Shown here piece after piece: positions 9,924-19,114 of a DNA stretch of 56,823 nucleotides. The notes under the pieces are model-generated. The model was given only the letters and a program-made list of their open reading frames with translations. It ran no database searches and was not told the origin of the DNA. Made by a program: the position numbers and the translations under genes. The first letter of the stretch is position 1. Each line of letters opens with the position of its first letter. Origin of the DNA: Gemmatimonadota bacterium (GTDB lineage Bacteria; Gemmatimonadota; Gemmatimonadetes; Gemmatimonadales; GWC2-71-9); assembly GCA_024641745.1 (NCBI GenBank), contig JAHECL010000003.1, positions 1-56,823 of the forward strand. The letters run 5' to 3'.

Positions 9924-9955
9924 GACGGCCCCCGGGGAGATCCCCGGGGGCCGTC
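9924..9955. terminator. Hairpin between convergent lptG and TBDT, probable bidirectional terminator
   Basis: Perfect 15-bp inverted repeat GACGGCCCCCGGGGA-ga-TCCCCGGGGGCCGTC. Confidence 0.7.
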
Positions 9956-9983
9956 GTCGTTCCCGTCCGGCGACCCGGACAGC

Positions 9984-12900
9984 CTACCAGATGTACTTGC
10001 CCGCCAGCTGGATCCGCCAGACGGAGGAGTTGGGGTCCACCCGGTTCACGATGGGCAGCGCGAGGCTGTACACGCCGCGGTTGTTGAGCGCATCCCACCC
10101 GCGCAGCCGGGCGATGGTCTGGCCCTCGAAGACGCTGGTTGTCCGGACGAGGCCCCAGTCGCTGTCGATCATGTTCAGGAAGTTGAACACGTCGAGCGAC
10201 AGGATCATCATCTGGCCGTTGAAGGTCGGGATGACCTTTGACAGCCGCGCGTCCAGCCGGTTGACCCAGGGATTGACGCAGCTGTTGCGCTCCATGATCT
10301 GGCCGCGCTGCGTGTTGAGGCAGTCCTGGCCGGCGATGAAGCTGGCCAGCGAGTCGTAGGACGCCGCCGGGGTGGCTCCGTACATCGTGATGTCGTTGGC
10401 GTCCCGCGGGATGTAGAACATGTCGTTGAATTCGCGGTTGGTGCCACCGACGCCGTCGGCGTTGGCGTCGCCGTTGATCACGTAGCCGTACGGCGAACCC
10501 GACACCCCGGAATAGATCAGCGAGAACTCAAAGTCCGCCGGCAGGTTGACCGTGCCGCTGACGACCACCCGGTGCGGCCGGTTGAAGCTGGAGGTGGTCA
10601 GGTCGCGGTTGTCGAGCGTGCCGTTGAGGGTGGAGAACCCGTAGTTCGAGAAGGCGATGCTCGAGGTCAGGGACATCACGTCCTTGGCGTCGCTGTAGGT
10701 GTAGCCGCCGTTGAATTCGACGCCGTTCGAGAACCGCTTCTGGAGCTGGATGGTGCCGCTGAAGGCGTGGTCCTCGGACTTGTTGAGGTGCTCCAGGATC
10801 GGGCCGAAGGCGGTGGTCACGCGATCGGGGGTGGCCGAGCCGCTGCCCAGGTTGTTGACGCCGTAGCGGGCCCGGTTGCCCTCGCCGGTGGCGTAGCCGA
10901 CGACGCCGGTCAGGTTGTCGTCCTGGATGTAGAGGGTGTTGATGCTCTTGGTGTAGAGCAGGTCCAGGGTGCCGACCATTCCCCAGGGCAGCCGGCGGTC
11001 CACGCCGAGGGAGAGCTTGCTGTTCTGCTCGAACTTGAAGCTCGAGTCGAAGTAGTTGATGGTGGGAATCGGCGCGGTGGAGCCGGCGATGCCGGTGCAG
11101 GCGCTGGGCTGCATCGACGGATCGAGGCTGAACCCCGGGACGTTGTCGTCCGGATTCGCGTTGTCGTTGCGGCAGGTCAGCTGGGTCTGGTCGGTGCCGG
11201 TGTTGGCGTAGGCGTTGGACATCCAGACGTAGGCCGGCCGGCCGCCGAAGTAGCCCCAGCCGCCGCGCACGATGGTCATGCCGCTGCCGTCCACGTCCCA
11301 GTTGAAGCCGAGGCGCGGGGACCAGGTGGCGTTGCCGCTCGGCATCACCGTGGTGTTGATCCCCATGATCGAGTCGAGCGTCGGGTTGTAGGTCGGGCTG
11401 TCGGGGAAGATCGGGTTGTCCCACCGGATGCCGACGGTCAGCGCCACGTTGCCGAGGTTGAACTGGTCCTGGGCGTAGAGGCCCCACTGGTTGACGTCGA
11501 ACACCGCCGTCCCGGCCCCCTCGCGGAGCGGGAGCGCCCGGTCATACCGCACCGCCACGTTCTTCTCGAACGAGTCGATGTTCGCGAAGGTCCACTGCCC
11601 GGTGCTCTGCGGGAAGAAGACGTTGTTGAAGCCGAAGAACTCGTTGTGGGTGCCGATGGTGACCCGGTGGTCGCCGATGCCGACGGTGAGGTTGTCGGTC
11701 AGCTCGTAGACGTCCTGGTCGAGCGAATTGGCCTGCGAGAACCGCTCGGCACCGGCGACCAGGCGCGTCCCGGTGCTGCCGGAGCCCACGATGATCGTCG
11801 GGTACGTGGTGTTCGGGTCGCGCTTGTCGCTGACCGACTGCAGGCCGCCGATGAACTCGTTGGAGAACTTCCCGGCGAAGACGCCGCTCCAGATGAGGCG
11901 AAGGGAGTTGGTGTTGTTGTTGATCGAGTACCCGCCGGAAGTCAGCTGCCAGTCGCCGTTCTGGCGCCGGCTGATGACGTCGACCGACGCCTCGACGTTG
12001 TTGTACGACAGCGAGACGTTCTGGTTGGCCCCCGGCGACCAGGTCAGCTTGCCGAAGTAGGTCGGGTTGGGGTTCTCGATGACGAACCCGCCGGCATCGC
12101 CCGCCCCGCCCCACTGGTCGGCACCGAGCTCGTTCAGGTGGGCGATCATCCGGTCGGCGTCGCCCGGCGCGGCGCCGGACTCCTCGAGCGTGATCCCGTC
12201 AAACGGCGTGGTCCGATTGGAGATGTCGGCGGCCACGAAGTAGTGCAGCTTGTCCTTGATGATGGCGCCGCTCAGCGTGCCGCCGTACTGCAGCACCTTG
12301 AAGTCGGCGGACTTCTCGCCGTTGACGTCGGTGCCCACCAGGTCCTGGTTCTGGTAGCGTCCGAACACCGACCCGCCGAACCGGTTGGTGCCCGACTGGG
12401 TGACGGCGTTGATCAGGCCGCCGGCGAAATTGCCCTGCCGCACGTCGTAGGGCGCAATCAGGACCTGGAATTCCTTGACCGCCGCGAACGAAATCGCCCG
12501 GGCGTCCGCCTGGCCACCGGGGGCGCCGGTGGCGCCCAGCCCGAAGAGGTCGTTGTTGACGCCGCCGTCGATCTGGATGCTGTTGAACCGGTTGTTCTGC
12601 CCGCCGGCCGACACGCCGGCGCCGATGGTGGCAACCTGCGGCGTGGTGGCCACCAGGTTGGTGAAGTTGCCCCCGAGCACCGGGAGGCGGCTGATGGCGG
12701 TGTTGCCGATCGACTGGGCCACGCCGGTCTTGGCGGTGTTCATGATCGGGTCACCGGTCTCGGCGTTCACCGCGATCTCCTGCATCTGCACGATCTGCTG
12801 CCGCATCGTGAAGTCGGAGACAAAGCGCTGACCGAGGGAGAGCATCACGTTGTCGCGCCTGGTCGACTCGAAGCCGATGGCCCGGGCCTCGATGGTGTAC

Positions 12901-13148
12901 GGGCCGCCGACCGGCACGTTTTCCATGGAGAACCGGCCGTTGCTCTGGGTGGTGGTTTGGATCTTGGCGCCCGTCGCCCGGTTGATGAGGGTGATGACGG
13001 CGCCTTCCACGGCCGTCCCGGATTCCTGCCTGACGGTTCCCGACACCGCCGCCGTCGTGACGCCCTGCGCAAAGAGATTGCCGGCCCCGAGCGCAAGCAA
13101 CACGCCAACGGCCGTCGCGGTCGCTACCCGACGAAACCATGACTGCAT
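9984..13148 (-). CDS. TonB-dependent transporter (Oar-like, N-terminal carboxypeptidase-regulatory-like domain), 1054 aa
   Basis: Signal peptide, G.V....G..V.GA domain, plug motifs NSIQIDGG..ND.FG and GGLINAVTQSGTN, C-terminal beta-signal IQLAGKYIW. Confidence 0.9.
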   Translation of the reverse strand: MQSWFRRVATATAVGVLLALGAGNLFAQGVTTAAVSGTVRQESGTAVEGAVITLINRATGAKIQTTTQSNGRFSMENVPVGGPYTIEARAIGFESTRRDNVMLSLGQRFVSDFTMRQQIVQMQEIAVNAETGDPIMNTAKTGVAQSIGNTAISRLPVLGGNFTNLVATTPQVATIGAGVSAGGQNNRFNSIQIDGGVNNDLFGLGATGAPGGQADARAISFAAVKEFQVLIAPYDVRQGNFAGGLINAVTQSGTNRFGGSVFGRYQNQDLVGTDVNGEKSADFKVLQYGGTLSGAIIKDKLHYFVAADISNRTTPFDGITLEESGAAPGDADRMIAHLNELGADQWGGAGDAGGFVIENPNPTYFGKLTWSPGANQNVSLSYNNVEASVDVISRRQNGDWQLTSGGYSINNNTNSLRLIWSGVFAGKFSNEFIGGLQSVSDKRDPNTTYPTIIVGSGSTGTRLVAGAERFSQANSLDQDVYELTDNLTVGIGDHRVTIGTHNEFFGFNNVFFPQSTGQWTFANIDSFEKNVAVRYDRALPLREGAGTAVFDVNQWGLYAQDQFNLGNVALTVGIRWDNPIFPDSPTYNPTLDSIMGINTTVMPSGNATWSPRLGFNWDVDGSGMTIVRGGWGYFGGRPAYVWMSNAYANTGTDQTQLTCRNDNANPDDNVPGFSLDPSMQPSACTGIAGSTAPIPTINYFDSSFKFEQNSKLSLGVDRRLPWGMVGTLDLLYTKSINTLYIQDDNLTGVVGYATGEGNRARYGVNNLGSGSATPDRVTTAFGPILEHLNKSEDHAFSGTIQLQKRFSNGVEFNGGYTYSDAKDVMSLTSSIAFSNYGFSTLNGTLDNRDLTTSSFNRPHRVVVSGTVNLPADFEFSLIYSGVSGSPYGYVINGDANADGVGGTNREFNDMFYIPRDANDITMYGATPAASYDSLASFIAGQDCLNTQRGQIMERNSCVNPWVNRLDARLSKVIPTFNGQMMILSLDVFNFLNMIDSDWGLVRTTSVFEGQTIARLRGWDALNNRGVYSLALPIVNRVDPNSSVWRIQLAGKYIW

Positions 13149-13274
13149 AGGGACACCTCGACTGGAGTGAAAAAACGCGAGTCCGGGAAGAGCATCGGTA
13201 CCATCTGGTCGGAGCGCCGCCGCGGAGCAGTGGACCCCGGCCAGGGGTCCGCATCAGCGCGATGGTCGGGCAAA

Positions 13275-13302
13275 AACTTACGCCCCGCCCGCCCGGGGTC
13301 AA
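13275..13302 (-). promoter_or_regulatory. sigma70-type promoter for the TBDT
   Basis: Minus strand TTGACC-16bp-TAAGTT. The leader contains the hairpin GGACCCC/GGGGTCC (13232-13250). Confidence 0.5.
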
Positions 13303-13318
13303 GGAGCGTCTTTTGCGC

Positions 13319-14674
13319 TCAGGCCCCTGTGTCGCGGCCGGGATGGTGGAGGCCCCGCCAGCCGAAATAGACCGGAACTCCGACCAGAATAATCCCGAAT
13401 GTGATCCCGGTGTTGACCGGATCGGTCCAGAGGGCGTTGAGGATGATTCCGAGGGAGGCGGTCAGGAAGAGGAGCGGCACCACCGGGTAGCCCCAGGTGC
13501 GGTACGGACGCACCAGGTCAGGCTGCTTCTTCCGCAGGACGAAGACCGCCCCCACCGCCAGCGCGTAGAAGGGCCAGATGCCGAGGATGAACTTGTCCGC
13601 CAGCTGCTGGAAGTCGTTGAGGAGGACGTAGACCACACCGAGCGTCGTGGTCAGGAGGATCGCCACCGAGGGACTGCCGTGGCGCGGACTCACCCGGGCG
13701 ATGGTCTGGAAGAACAGCCCCCGGTCGGCCATCGCGAAGAAGATGCGCGGCGCGGTCATCATCGAGCCGAGGAGGGCGCTGAAGGTGGAGATCATCACCA
13801 CCCCCGCGATGACGCTGCCGCCGGCGCCGCCGAAGAGGGGGATCCGCTCGGCGGCGGTCGCCGCGATGAGCGCGGAGCCCGCCATTTCGGGGAGCGGCAC
13901 CAGGTAGAGGTAGGCGAGATTGACCGTCAGGTAGATCGCGATGATGGCCACCGTGCCGAGGACGAGCGCCCGGGGGAGGTTCCGGGCCGGGTCGCGCACC
14001 TCGCCGCCGACGTAGGAGAGGTCGGCCCATCCGTCGTAGGTCCACATGATGGAGATCAGCGCGGTCCCCATGACCGAGAGCTGGACGCCCCCGCCCCAGA
14101 CCGGACCGAAGTTGGCCGTCGTGCCCTTCCCCACCAGGAAGGCGAGCGCCGCCAGGGCGATGAGGGCCCCGTACTTGACCACCGTGGTCAGGTTCACGAG
14201 GAGGGCGGCCACGTTCACGCCGAAGTAGTTGAAGAGCCCCACCGTGACGATCGCCGCCGCCGCGACGTACTGGATCTGGGGCGCGGTCAGGGGGACGAAG
14301 TAGCCGAAGTACTCGGCGAAGATGGTCGAGATGGCCCCGAGCGCCGAGGCCCGGATGACGGCGAGCGCCGACCAGCCGAAGAGAAACGCCGGCAGCGGCC
14401 CGAACGCCTCGAGGATGTAGGCGAACACCCCGCCGGAGCGCGGGAGCGCCGCCGCCAGTTCGGCATAGGTCAGCGCCCCGCAGAGCGCGATGAGCCCGCC
14501 GACGGCCCAGGCAAGGAGGAAGGGGCCGGGTTCGGTGATCCGGCCGGCCACGCTGGCGGGCACCCGAAAGATGCCGCTGCCGATGGTCGAGCCGACCAGG
14601 ACGGCGACGGCACTGATGAGGCCGAGGCGTCGGGGAAGCCGCTCGCCCCAGGCATCACGCTGATTGGTTTGCAT
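13319..14674 (-). CDS. APC-family amino acid permease
   Basis: Start MQTNQ. Motifs IGSGIF, ELAAALPRSGG, WTYDGW..VGGEVRDP.RNLPRA and RPYRTWGYP. About 12 TM segments. Confidence 0.92.
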   Translation of the reverse strand: MQTNQRDAWGERLPRRLGLISAVAVLVGSTIGSGIFRVPASVAGRITEPGPFLLAWAVGGLIALCGALTYAELAAALPRSGGVFAYILEAFGPLPAFLFGWSALAVIRASALGAISTIFAEYFGYFVPLTAPQIQYVAAAAIVTVGLFNYFGVNVAALLVNLTTVVKYGALIALAALAFLVGKGTTANFGPVWGGGVQLSVMGTALISIMWTYDGWADLSYVGGEVRDPARNLPRALVLGTVAIIAIYLTVNLAYLYLVPLPEMAGSALIAATAAERIPLFGGAGGSVIAGVVMISTFSALLGSMMTAPRIFFAMADRGLFFQTIARVSPRHGSPSVAILLTTTLGVVYVLLNDFQQLADKFILGIWPFYALAVGAVFVLRKKQPDLVRPYRTWGYPVVPLLFLTASLGIILNALWTDPVNTGITFGIILVGVPVYFGWRGLHHPGRDTGA

Positions 14675-14761
14675 CGCTGGAGTTTGCGTCCCTCGGCCCC
14701 GCTTGACAAGGACCCGGCCGCGGCCGTTTCTTTGGCACTTTCCCAGCGACCCGGAGCAGGC

Positions 14762-15760
14762 ATGGCCGTCCCGCAGTCCACCGACGCCACCCAGCAGGCG
14801 CGGGGCGAACCGAAGGTTCGGCCCTCGCTGGCGCGGGATCTCCTCGCCCTCACCAAGCCCCGGGTCATCTCGCTCCTGCTGGTGACCGCCGTCGCCCCGA
14901 TGTTCATCACCGGGCTGGGGGCGCCGCCGGCGGCGCTGGTCGGCTGGGTCCTGCTTGGCGGGTTCCTGATGGCGGGCGGGGCCAACGCCATCAACATGTG
15001 GTTCGACCAGGACATCGACCACTTCATGTCCCGCACCCGGCAGCGGCCGGTCCCGGCCGGCCGGGTGACCCCAATGATGGCGCTCCTCTTCGGGATCGGT
15101 CTCGGCGCACTCGCCTTCGGCATCCTCTGGCGCTTCGCCAACCCGCTCAGCGCCTGGCTGGCCCTCGGCGGGCTGGCGTTCTATGTGCTGGTCTACACCG
15201 TCTGGCTGAAGCGGTCCACCCCGCAGAACATCGTCATCGGCGGCGCGGCCGGGGCGTTCCCGCCCCTGGTCGGGTACGCGGCCATGGCGGGGCACCTCGA
15301 CCTGACGGCCTGGTACCTCTTCGTCATCATCTTCTTCTGGACGCCGCCCCACTTCTGGGCCCTCGCCCTGCTGAAGAAGGGGGAGTACGCCAAGGCAGGG
15401 GTGCCGATGCTCCCGGTGGTGCGCGGGGACCGGGACACCAAGGTGCAGATGCTCATCTATACCCTGATCCTCCTTCCCCTCACCATCCTCCCGGCGTTCA
15501 TCGGGGCCTTCGGGCTGGTCTATGCCGTCGCCGCCCTGGCGCTCGGCGGCCGGTTCCTCTGGTACAACTTCCAGCTGCTTCGGGAAGAGGGCGTGACCCC
15601 GACGGCGTGGAAGATGTACAAGTACTCCCTGGTGTACCTGGCCCTGCTGTTCGTGGCGATGAGCGTGGACCGGGCGATGCCCCGGGAGGCGCAGGCGCAG
15701 ACCCCGGAGGTGCTCATCCTCGACCAGCCGGCCACCCCCGCCGCACCGCCGACCCGGTGA
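14762..15760 (+). CDS. cyoE: Protoheme IX farnesyltransferase (heme o synthase)
   Basis: LTKPRVISL, NMWFDQDID..MSRT..RP, LKRSTPQNIVIGGAAGA, WTPPHFWALA. Confidence 0.95.
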   Translation: MAVPQSTDATQQARGEPKVRPSLARDLLALTKPRVISLLLVTAVAPMFITGLGAPPAALVGWVLLGGFLMAGGANAINMWFDQDIDHFMSRTRQRPVPAGRVTPMMALLFGIGLGALAFGILWRFANPLSAWLALGGLAFYVLVYTVWLKRSTPQNIVIGGAAGAFPPLVGYAAMAGHLDLTAWYLFVIIFFWTPPHFWALALLKKGEYAKAGVPMLPVVRGDRDTKVQMLIYTLILLPLTILPAFIGAFGLVYAVAALALGGRFLWYNFQLLREEGVTPTAWKMYKYSLVYLALLFVAMSVDRAMPREAQAQTPEVLILDQPATPAAPPTR

Positions 15761-17571
15761 CGCTGCCCGCCGAATCCAGCGCCCGGCGCCGCCTCCCCTC
15801 CCCCAAGAAACTCGCCCGGCTCTGGCCGCGGATTCGACCCCACCGGCGCGCCCTGGCCCTCGCCTCGATCGCGCTGCTGGTGAGCGCCGCGATCGGGCTC
15901 GCCTTCCCGCTGGTGGTCGGCTGGCTCCTCGACGCCGCCTTCGTCGACCGGAATCGTGCCCTGCTCGACCGGGTGGCACTCGGCCTCACGGGGCTCTTCC
16001 TGGTCCAGGCCTTCCTCAACTACGCCCAGACCTACCTGCTCAGCGCCACCGGGGAGCGGGCGGTGGCGGGGTTGCGCGGCGAGCTCTTTGCCAAGCTCCT
16101 CGACATGCCGCCCGGCTTCTTCGCCGACCGGAAGACCGGGGAGCTGACCAGTCGCCTCACCATCGACATCGGACTGCTGCAGGGAGTGCTGAGCCACCAG
16201 ATCGCCGAGTTCACGCGGCAGATCCTGGCCCTGGTGGGCGGGATCGCCCTCCTGACCTGGCTGCAGCCCAGCCTGACCCTCACGGCGCTGGCGGTGGTCC
16301 CCGTGGCGGTCTGGACGGCGCTCTTCTTCGGCCGGCGGCTCCGCCGGATCAGTACCGGCGTCCAGGACCGGGTGGCGGATGCCACGGCGGTCGCCGAAGA
16401 GGCGTTCAGCCAGATCCGCACGGTCCAGAGCTTCGTGCAGGAACCCGCCGAGCGGGCCCGATACACCGGGTTGATCGGCAAGGTGGTCGAGGCCGCGCTG
16501 GTCCGCGCCCAGGTGCGCGGAGTGTTCTTCGGGGCCATCACCTTCAGCATGTTCACCGGGATCGTGGTGGTGCTCTGGCAGGGGGGCCGCCTGGTCCTCG
16601 ACGGGTCCCTGACGGCGGGCACGCTGGTGAGCTTCCTGCTGTACACCGTGACCATCGCCGCCTCGGTCGGGGCGCTGGCCTCCTTCTTCAGCAACTACCA
16701 GGAGTCGGTGGGAGCCGCCGAGCGGGTCTTCCAGCTCCTGGAATCGGACACCCCGATTGCCGATCCGGCCGATCCGGCCCCCCTCCCAAGGCCGGTCAAG
16801 GGCCGGGTGGAGTTTGACAGGGTTTCATTCCGGTATCTGGACCATCCGGACGCCCCATGGGCGGTGCGTGAGGTCTCACTCACACTCGCTCCAGGTGAGG
16901 TGGTGGCCATCGTCGGGCCCTCCGGCGCCGGGAAGACGACCCTGATCAGCCTGCTCCCCCGTTTCTGGGATGTGGCGGAGGGGGCCATCCGGCTCGAGGG
17001 GATCGACATCCGACAGCTCCGGCTCCGGGAGCTGCGGGGAGCGATCGGCGTGGTGCCCCAGGAGCCCGCCCTCTTCAGCGGCACCGTGCGCGAGAATATC
17101 GCCTATGCGCGCCCGGAAGCCTCCGAGGCCGATGTGGAGCGGGCGGCCCGGGCCGCGCACGCCCACGAGTTCGTGGAGCGGCTGCCGGCCGGCTACGACA
17201 CCATCGTCGGGGAGCGGGGGGTGAAGCTCTCGGGGGGCCAGCGGCAGCGCATCGCCATCGCGCGGGCGATCCTCAAGGACCCCGCGGTGCTGGTCCTCGA
17301 CGAGGCCACCAGCAGCCTGGATACCGAGAGCGAGCGGCTGGTCGAGGACGCCCTCGAAAAGCTCCTGGTGGGCCGGACCACCCTGATCATTGCCCACCGG
17401 CTGAGCACCGTCCGCCGGGCGGACCGGCTGGTGGTCCTCGATCACGGCCGGGTGGTCGAACAGGGTACCCACGCCGACCTGCTCGCCCAGGGCGGGCTCT
17501 ATGCCCGGCTCTACCAGCGCCAGTTCCGGAATGGGGACGCCGAAGTCGAGGGCGTCCCCGCCGGGGTCTAG
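15757..17571 (+). CDS. ABC exporter, fused TMD-NBD (MsbA-like)
   Basis: GTG overlaps the cyoE stop (GTGA). 6 TM segments, Walker A GPSGAGKT, LSGGQRQR, LDEATSSLD, IAHRLST. Confidence 0.92.
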   Translation: MTLPAESSARRRLPSPKKLARLWPRIRPHRRALALASIALLVSAAIGLAFPLVVGWLLDAAFVDRNRALLDRVALGLTGLFLVQAFLNYAQTYLLSATGERAVAGLRGELFAKLLDMPPGFFADRKTGELTSRLTIDIGLLQGVLSHQIAEFTRQILALVGGIALLTWLQPSLTLTALAVVPVAVWTALFFGRRLRRISTGVQDRVADATAVAEEAFSQIRTVQSFVQEPAERARYTGLIGKVVEAALVRAQVRGVFFGAITFSMFTGIVVVLWQGGRLVLDGSLTAGTLVSFLLYTVTIAASVGALASFFSNYQESVGAAERVFQLLESDTPIADPADPAPLPRPVKGRVEFDRVSFRYLDHPDAPWAVREVSLTLAPGEVVAIVGPSGAGKTTLISLLPRFWDVAEGAIRLEGIDIRQLRLRELRGAIGVVPQEPALFSGTVRENIAYARPEASEADVERAARAAHAHEFVERLPAGYDTIVGERGVKLSGGQRQRIAIARAILKDPAVLVLDEATSSLDTESERLVEDALEKLLVGRTTLIIAHRLSTVRRADRLVVLDHGRVVEQGTHADLLAQGGLYARLYQRQFRNGDAEVEGVPAGV

Positions 17572-17606
17572 TCCCGCCCCTTCTCCTGCGCCACCCCGAG
17601 GTCACG

Positions 17607-19001
17607 ATGCACCCCCGTTTCCCTGCCCTGATCGCCTCCACGGCCCTGCTCCTGACGGCCGGCGGGTGTGCGAGTAACGACTCACAAGCCCCGGAACCGT
17701 CGCCCTACCACGGCGCGACGGTGCAGCCCATTCCCCACAACGTCCTGGCGGCAGCCGTCCTGGTCCGGGCCACCGGATTCGACAGCAGCTACGTGGAGTA
17801 CACCGCGGGGGCGGCTACCGGCCGGACGCCGGCCGTGGCCTTCGGCGGGGATACGCTGGTCCGGGTACCCGTCCTGGGGCTGGGCACCGTCACCAGCTAC
17901 ACCTTTCGGGTGGGGCTGACCCGCGCAGGCTCGGCGGACACGCTGGTGGATTCCCTGCCGTTCACCAGTGGCTCGCTCCCGGCCTGGATTCCGGCGGTGG
18001 GGACCATCGGGACCTCGGGGGAGCCGGGGTACCTCGCGCTTGCGCTTCCGGACGGCGTCGTCATGGTGGATAACGCCGGCACGGTGGTCTGGTATTTCCA
18101 GACGCCGAACTCCGTCCTCAACTCCTTCCAGGCCCAGCCCGCGGGCGTCTACACCCTGTCCGGCAATACCGCGGCATTCGAAACCCAGTTCATCGTCCTC
18201 AACGCCCTCGGGGAGCAGACCGGTACCCTGGCCTGTCTGGGCCGCCCGACGCGATTTCACGAAGTCCTGGTGGAGGCAGCGGGCGATGCGTGGCTCCTCT
18301 GCGACGAAGACCGGACGATGGACCTCTCCGGCGAGGGCGGCGACCCGGCCGCGGTCGTCACCGCCACCGTGGTCCAGCACCTCTCCCCCGCGGGCACGCT
18401 GCTCTGGGAATGGAACAGCTTCGACCACTTCGCCATTACCGATCTCCCCGCCGCCGACCGGGGGGGAGCGGCGGTGAACTTCACCCACGGCAACGGCCTC
18501 GGCTTCGACACCGACGGCAACCTCCTCCTGGGGTTCCGCAGCCTGAGTGAGATGACGAAAGTGAACGTGACGACCGGGGCGGTCATCTGGCGGTTCGGGG
18601 GCCTCGCCACCGGGTTCACCATCCTCAACGACCCGAAGGGCGTCTTCGAGCGGCAGCACGGCGTCCGGGCGGCGGGCGCCGGGCGAGTGCAGACCCTCGA
18701 CAACGGCCTGAACGCCCCCAGCCGGCTGGTCCGGTACCAGCTGGACACCGGGACGATGACCGCCACCATGCAATGGCAATTCATCGACGACCCCGTCACC
18801 TGGACCTCCGTTGGTGGCTCGACCCAATACCACCCCGACGGGCACGCGACCGTGTCCTTCGGTCGGGCGGGCCGGATCATCGAGGTGGACGCCAGCGGGA
18901 ACCCGGTCTGGGAGGTGACGGGGCTCGACGGGGTGTACGTCTTCCGGGTCCAGCGACTGAGCTCGCTCTACCGGGCGGGGCAAGGCGAACCGAGCCGGTA
19001 G
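17607..19001 (+). CDS. Aryl-sulfate sulfotransferase-like beta-propeller lipoprotein
   Basis: Lipobox AGGC. N-terminal Ig-like domain (PHNVLAA, VPVLGL). Catalytic-type motifs RFHE, FTHGN, GFRS and RQHG. Confidence 0.75.
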   Translation: MHPRFPALIASTALLLTAGGCASNDSQAPEPSPYHGATVQPIPHNVLAAAVLVRATGFDSSYVEYTAGAATGRTPAVAFGGDTLVRVPVLGLGTVTSYTFRVGLTRAGSADTLVDSLPFTSGSLPAWIPAVGTIGTSGEPGYLALALPDGVVMVDNAGTVVWYFQTPNSVLNSFQAQPAGVYTLSGNTAAFETQFIVLNALGEQTGTLACLGRPTRFHEVLVEAAGDAWLLCDEDRTMDLSGEGGDPAAVVTATVVQHLSPAGTLLWEWNSFDHFAITDLPAADRGGAAVNFTHGNGLGFDTDGNLLLGFRSLSEMTKVNVTTGAVIWRFGGLATGFTILNDPKGVFERQHGVRAAGAGRVQTLDNGLNAPSRLVRYQLDTGTMTATMQWQFIDDPVTWTSVGGSTQYHPDGHATVSFGRAGRIIEVDASGNPVWEVTGLDGVYVFRVQRLSSLYRAGQGEPSR

Positions 19002-19054
19002 TCGCCCCCCCCCGGGGGGGGGAGGGGGCGGGCGCCCCCGGACGGGAAAGGAAG

Positions 19055-19083
19055 ACGCCCCCGCGACTGAGTCGCGGGGGCGT
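19055..19083. terminator. Hairpin between convergent genes, probable terminator
   Basis: 13-bp stem ACGCCCCCGCGAC-tga-GTCGCGGGGGCGT followed by TTCCATT. Confidence 0.7.
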
Positions 19084-19114
19084 TTCCATTCCACCGTTCA
19101 AGGTCGGGCCTGGA

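Noticed and set aside
13149-13274. Possible cobalamin or TPP riboswitch ahead of the first TBDT
   Set aside because: Only a short hairpin is present. No B12 box or TPP consensus is visible.
13262-15979. Apparent 832-aa and 886-aa overlapping ORFs suggesting fusions
   Set aside because: They are upstream open-frame extensions. The real genes are the divergent permease (start 14674) and cyoE (start 14762).
16814-16842. Internal sigma70 promoter at TTGACA
   Set aside because: No acceptable -10 hexamer at 16-18 bp spacing.
19005-19022. C9G9 perfect palindrome right after the sulfotransferase stop
   Set aside because: Single copy of homopolymer runs next to a terminator. It could be a simple hairpin or a length artefact, with no sign of phase variation in a coding or promoter region.
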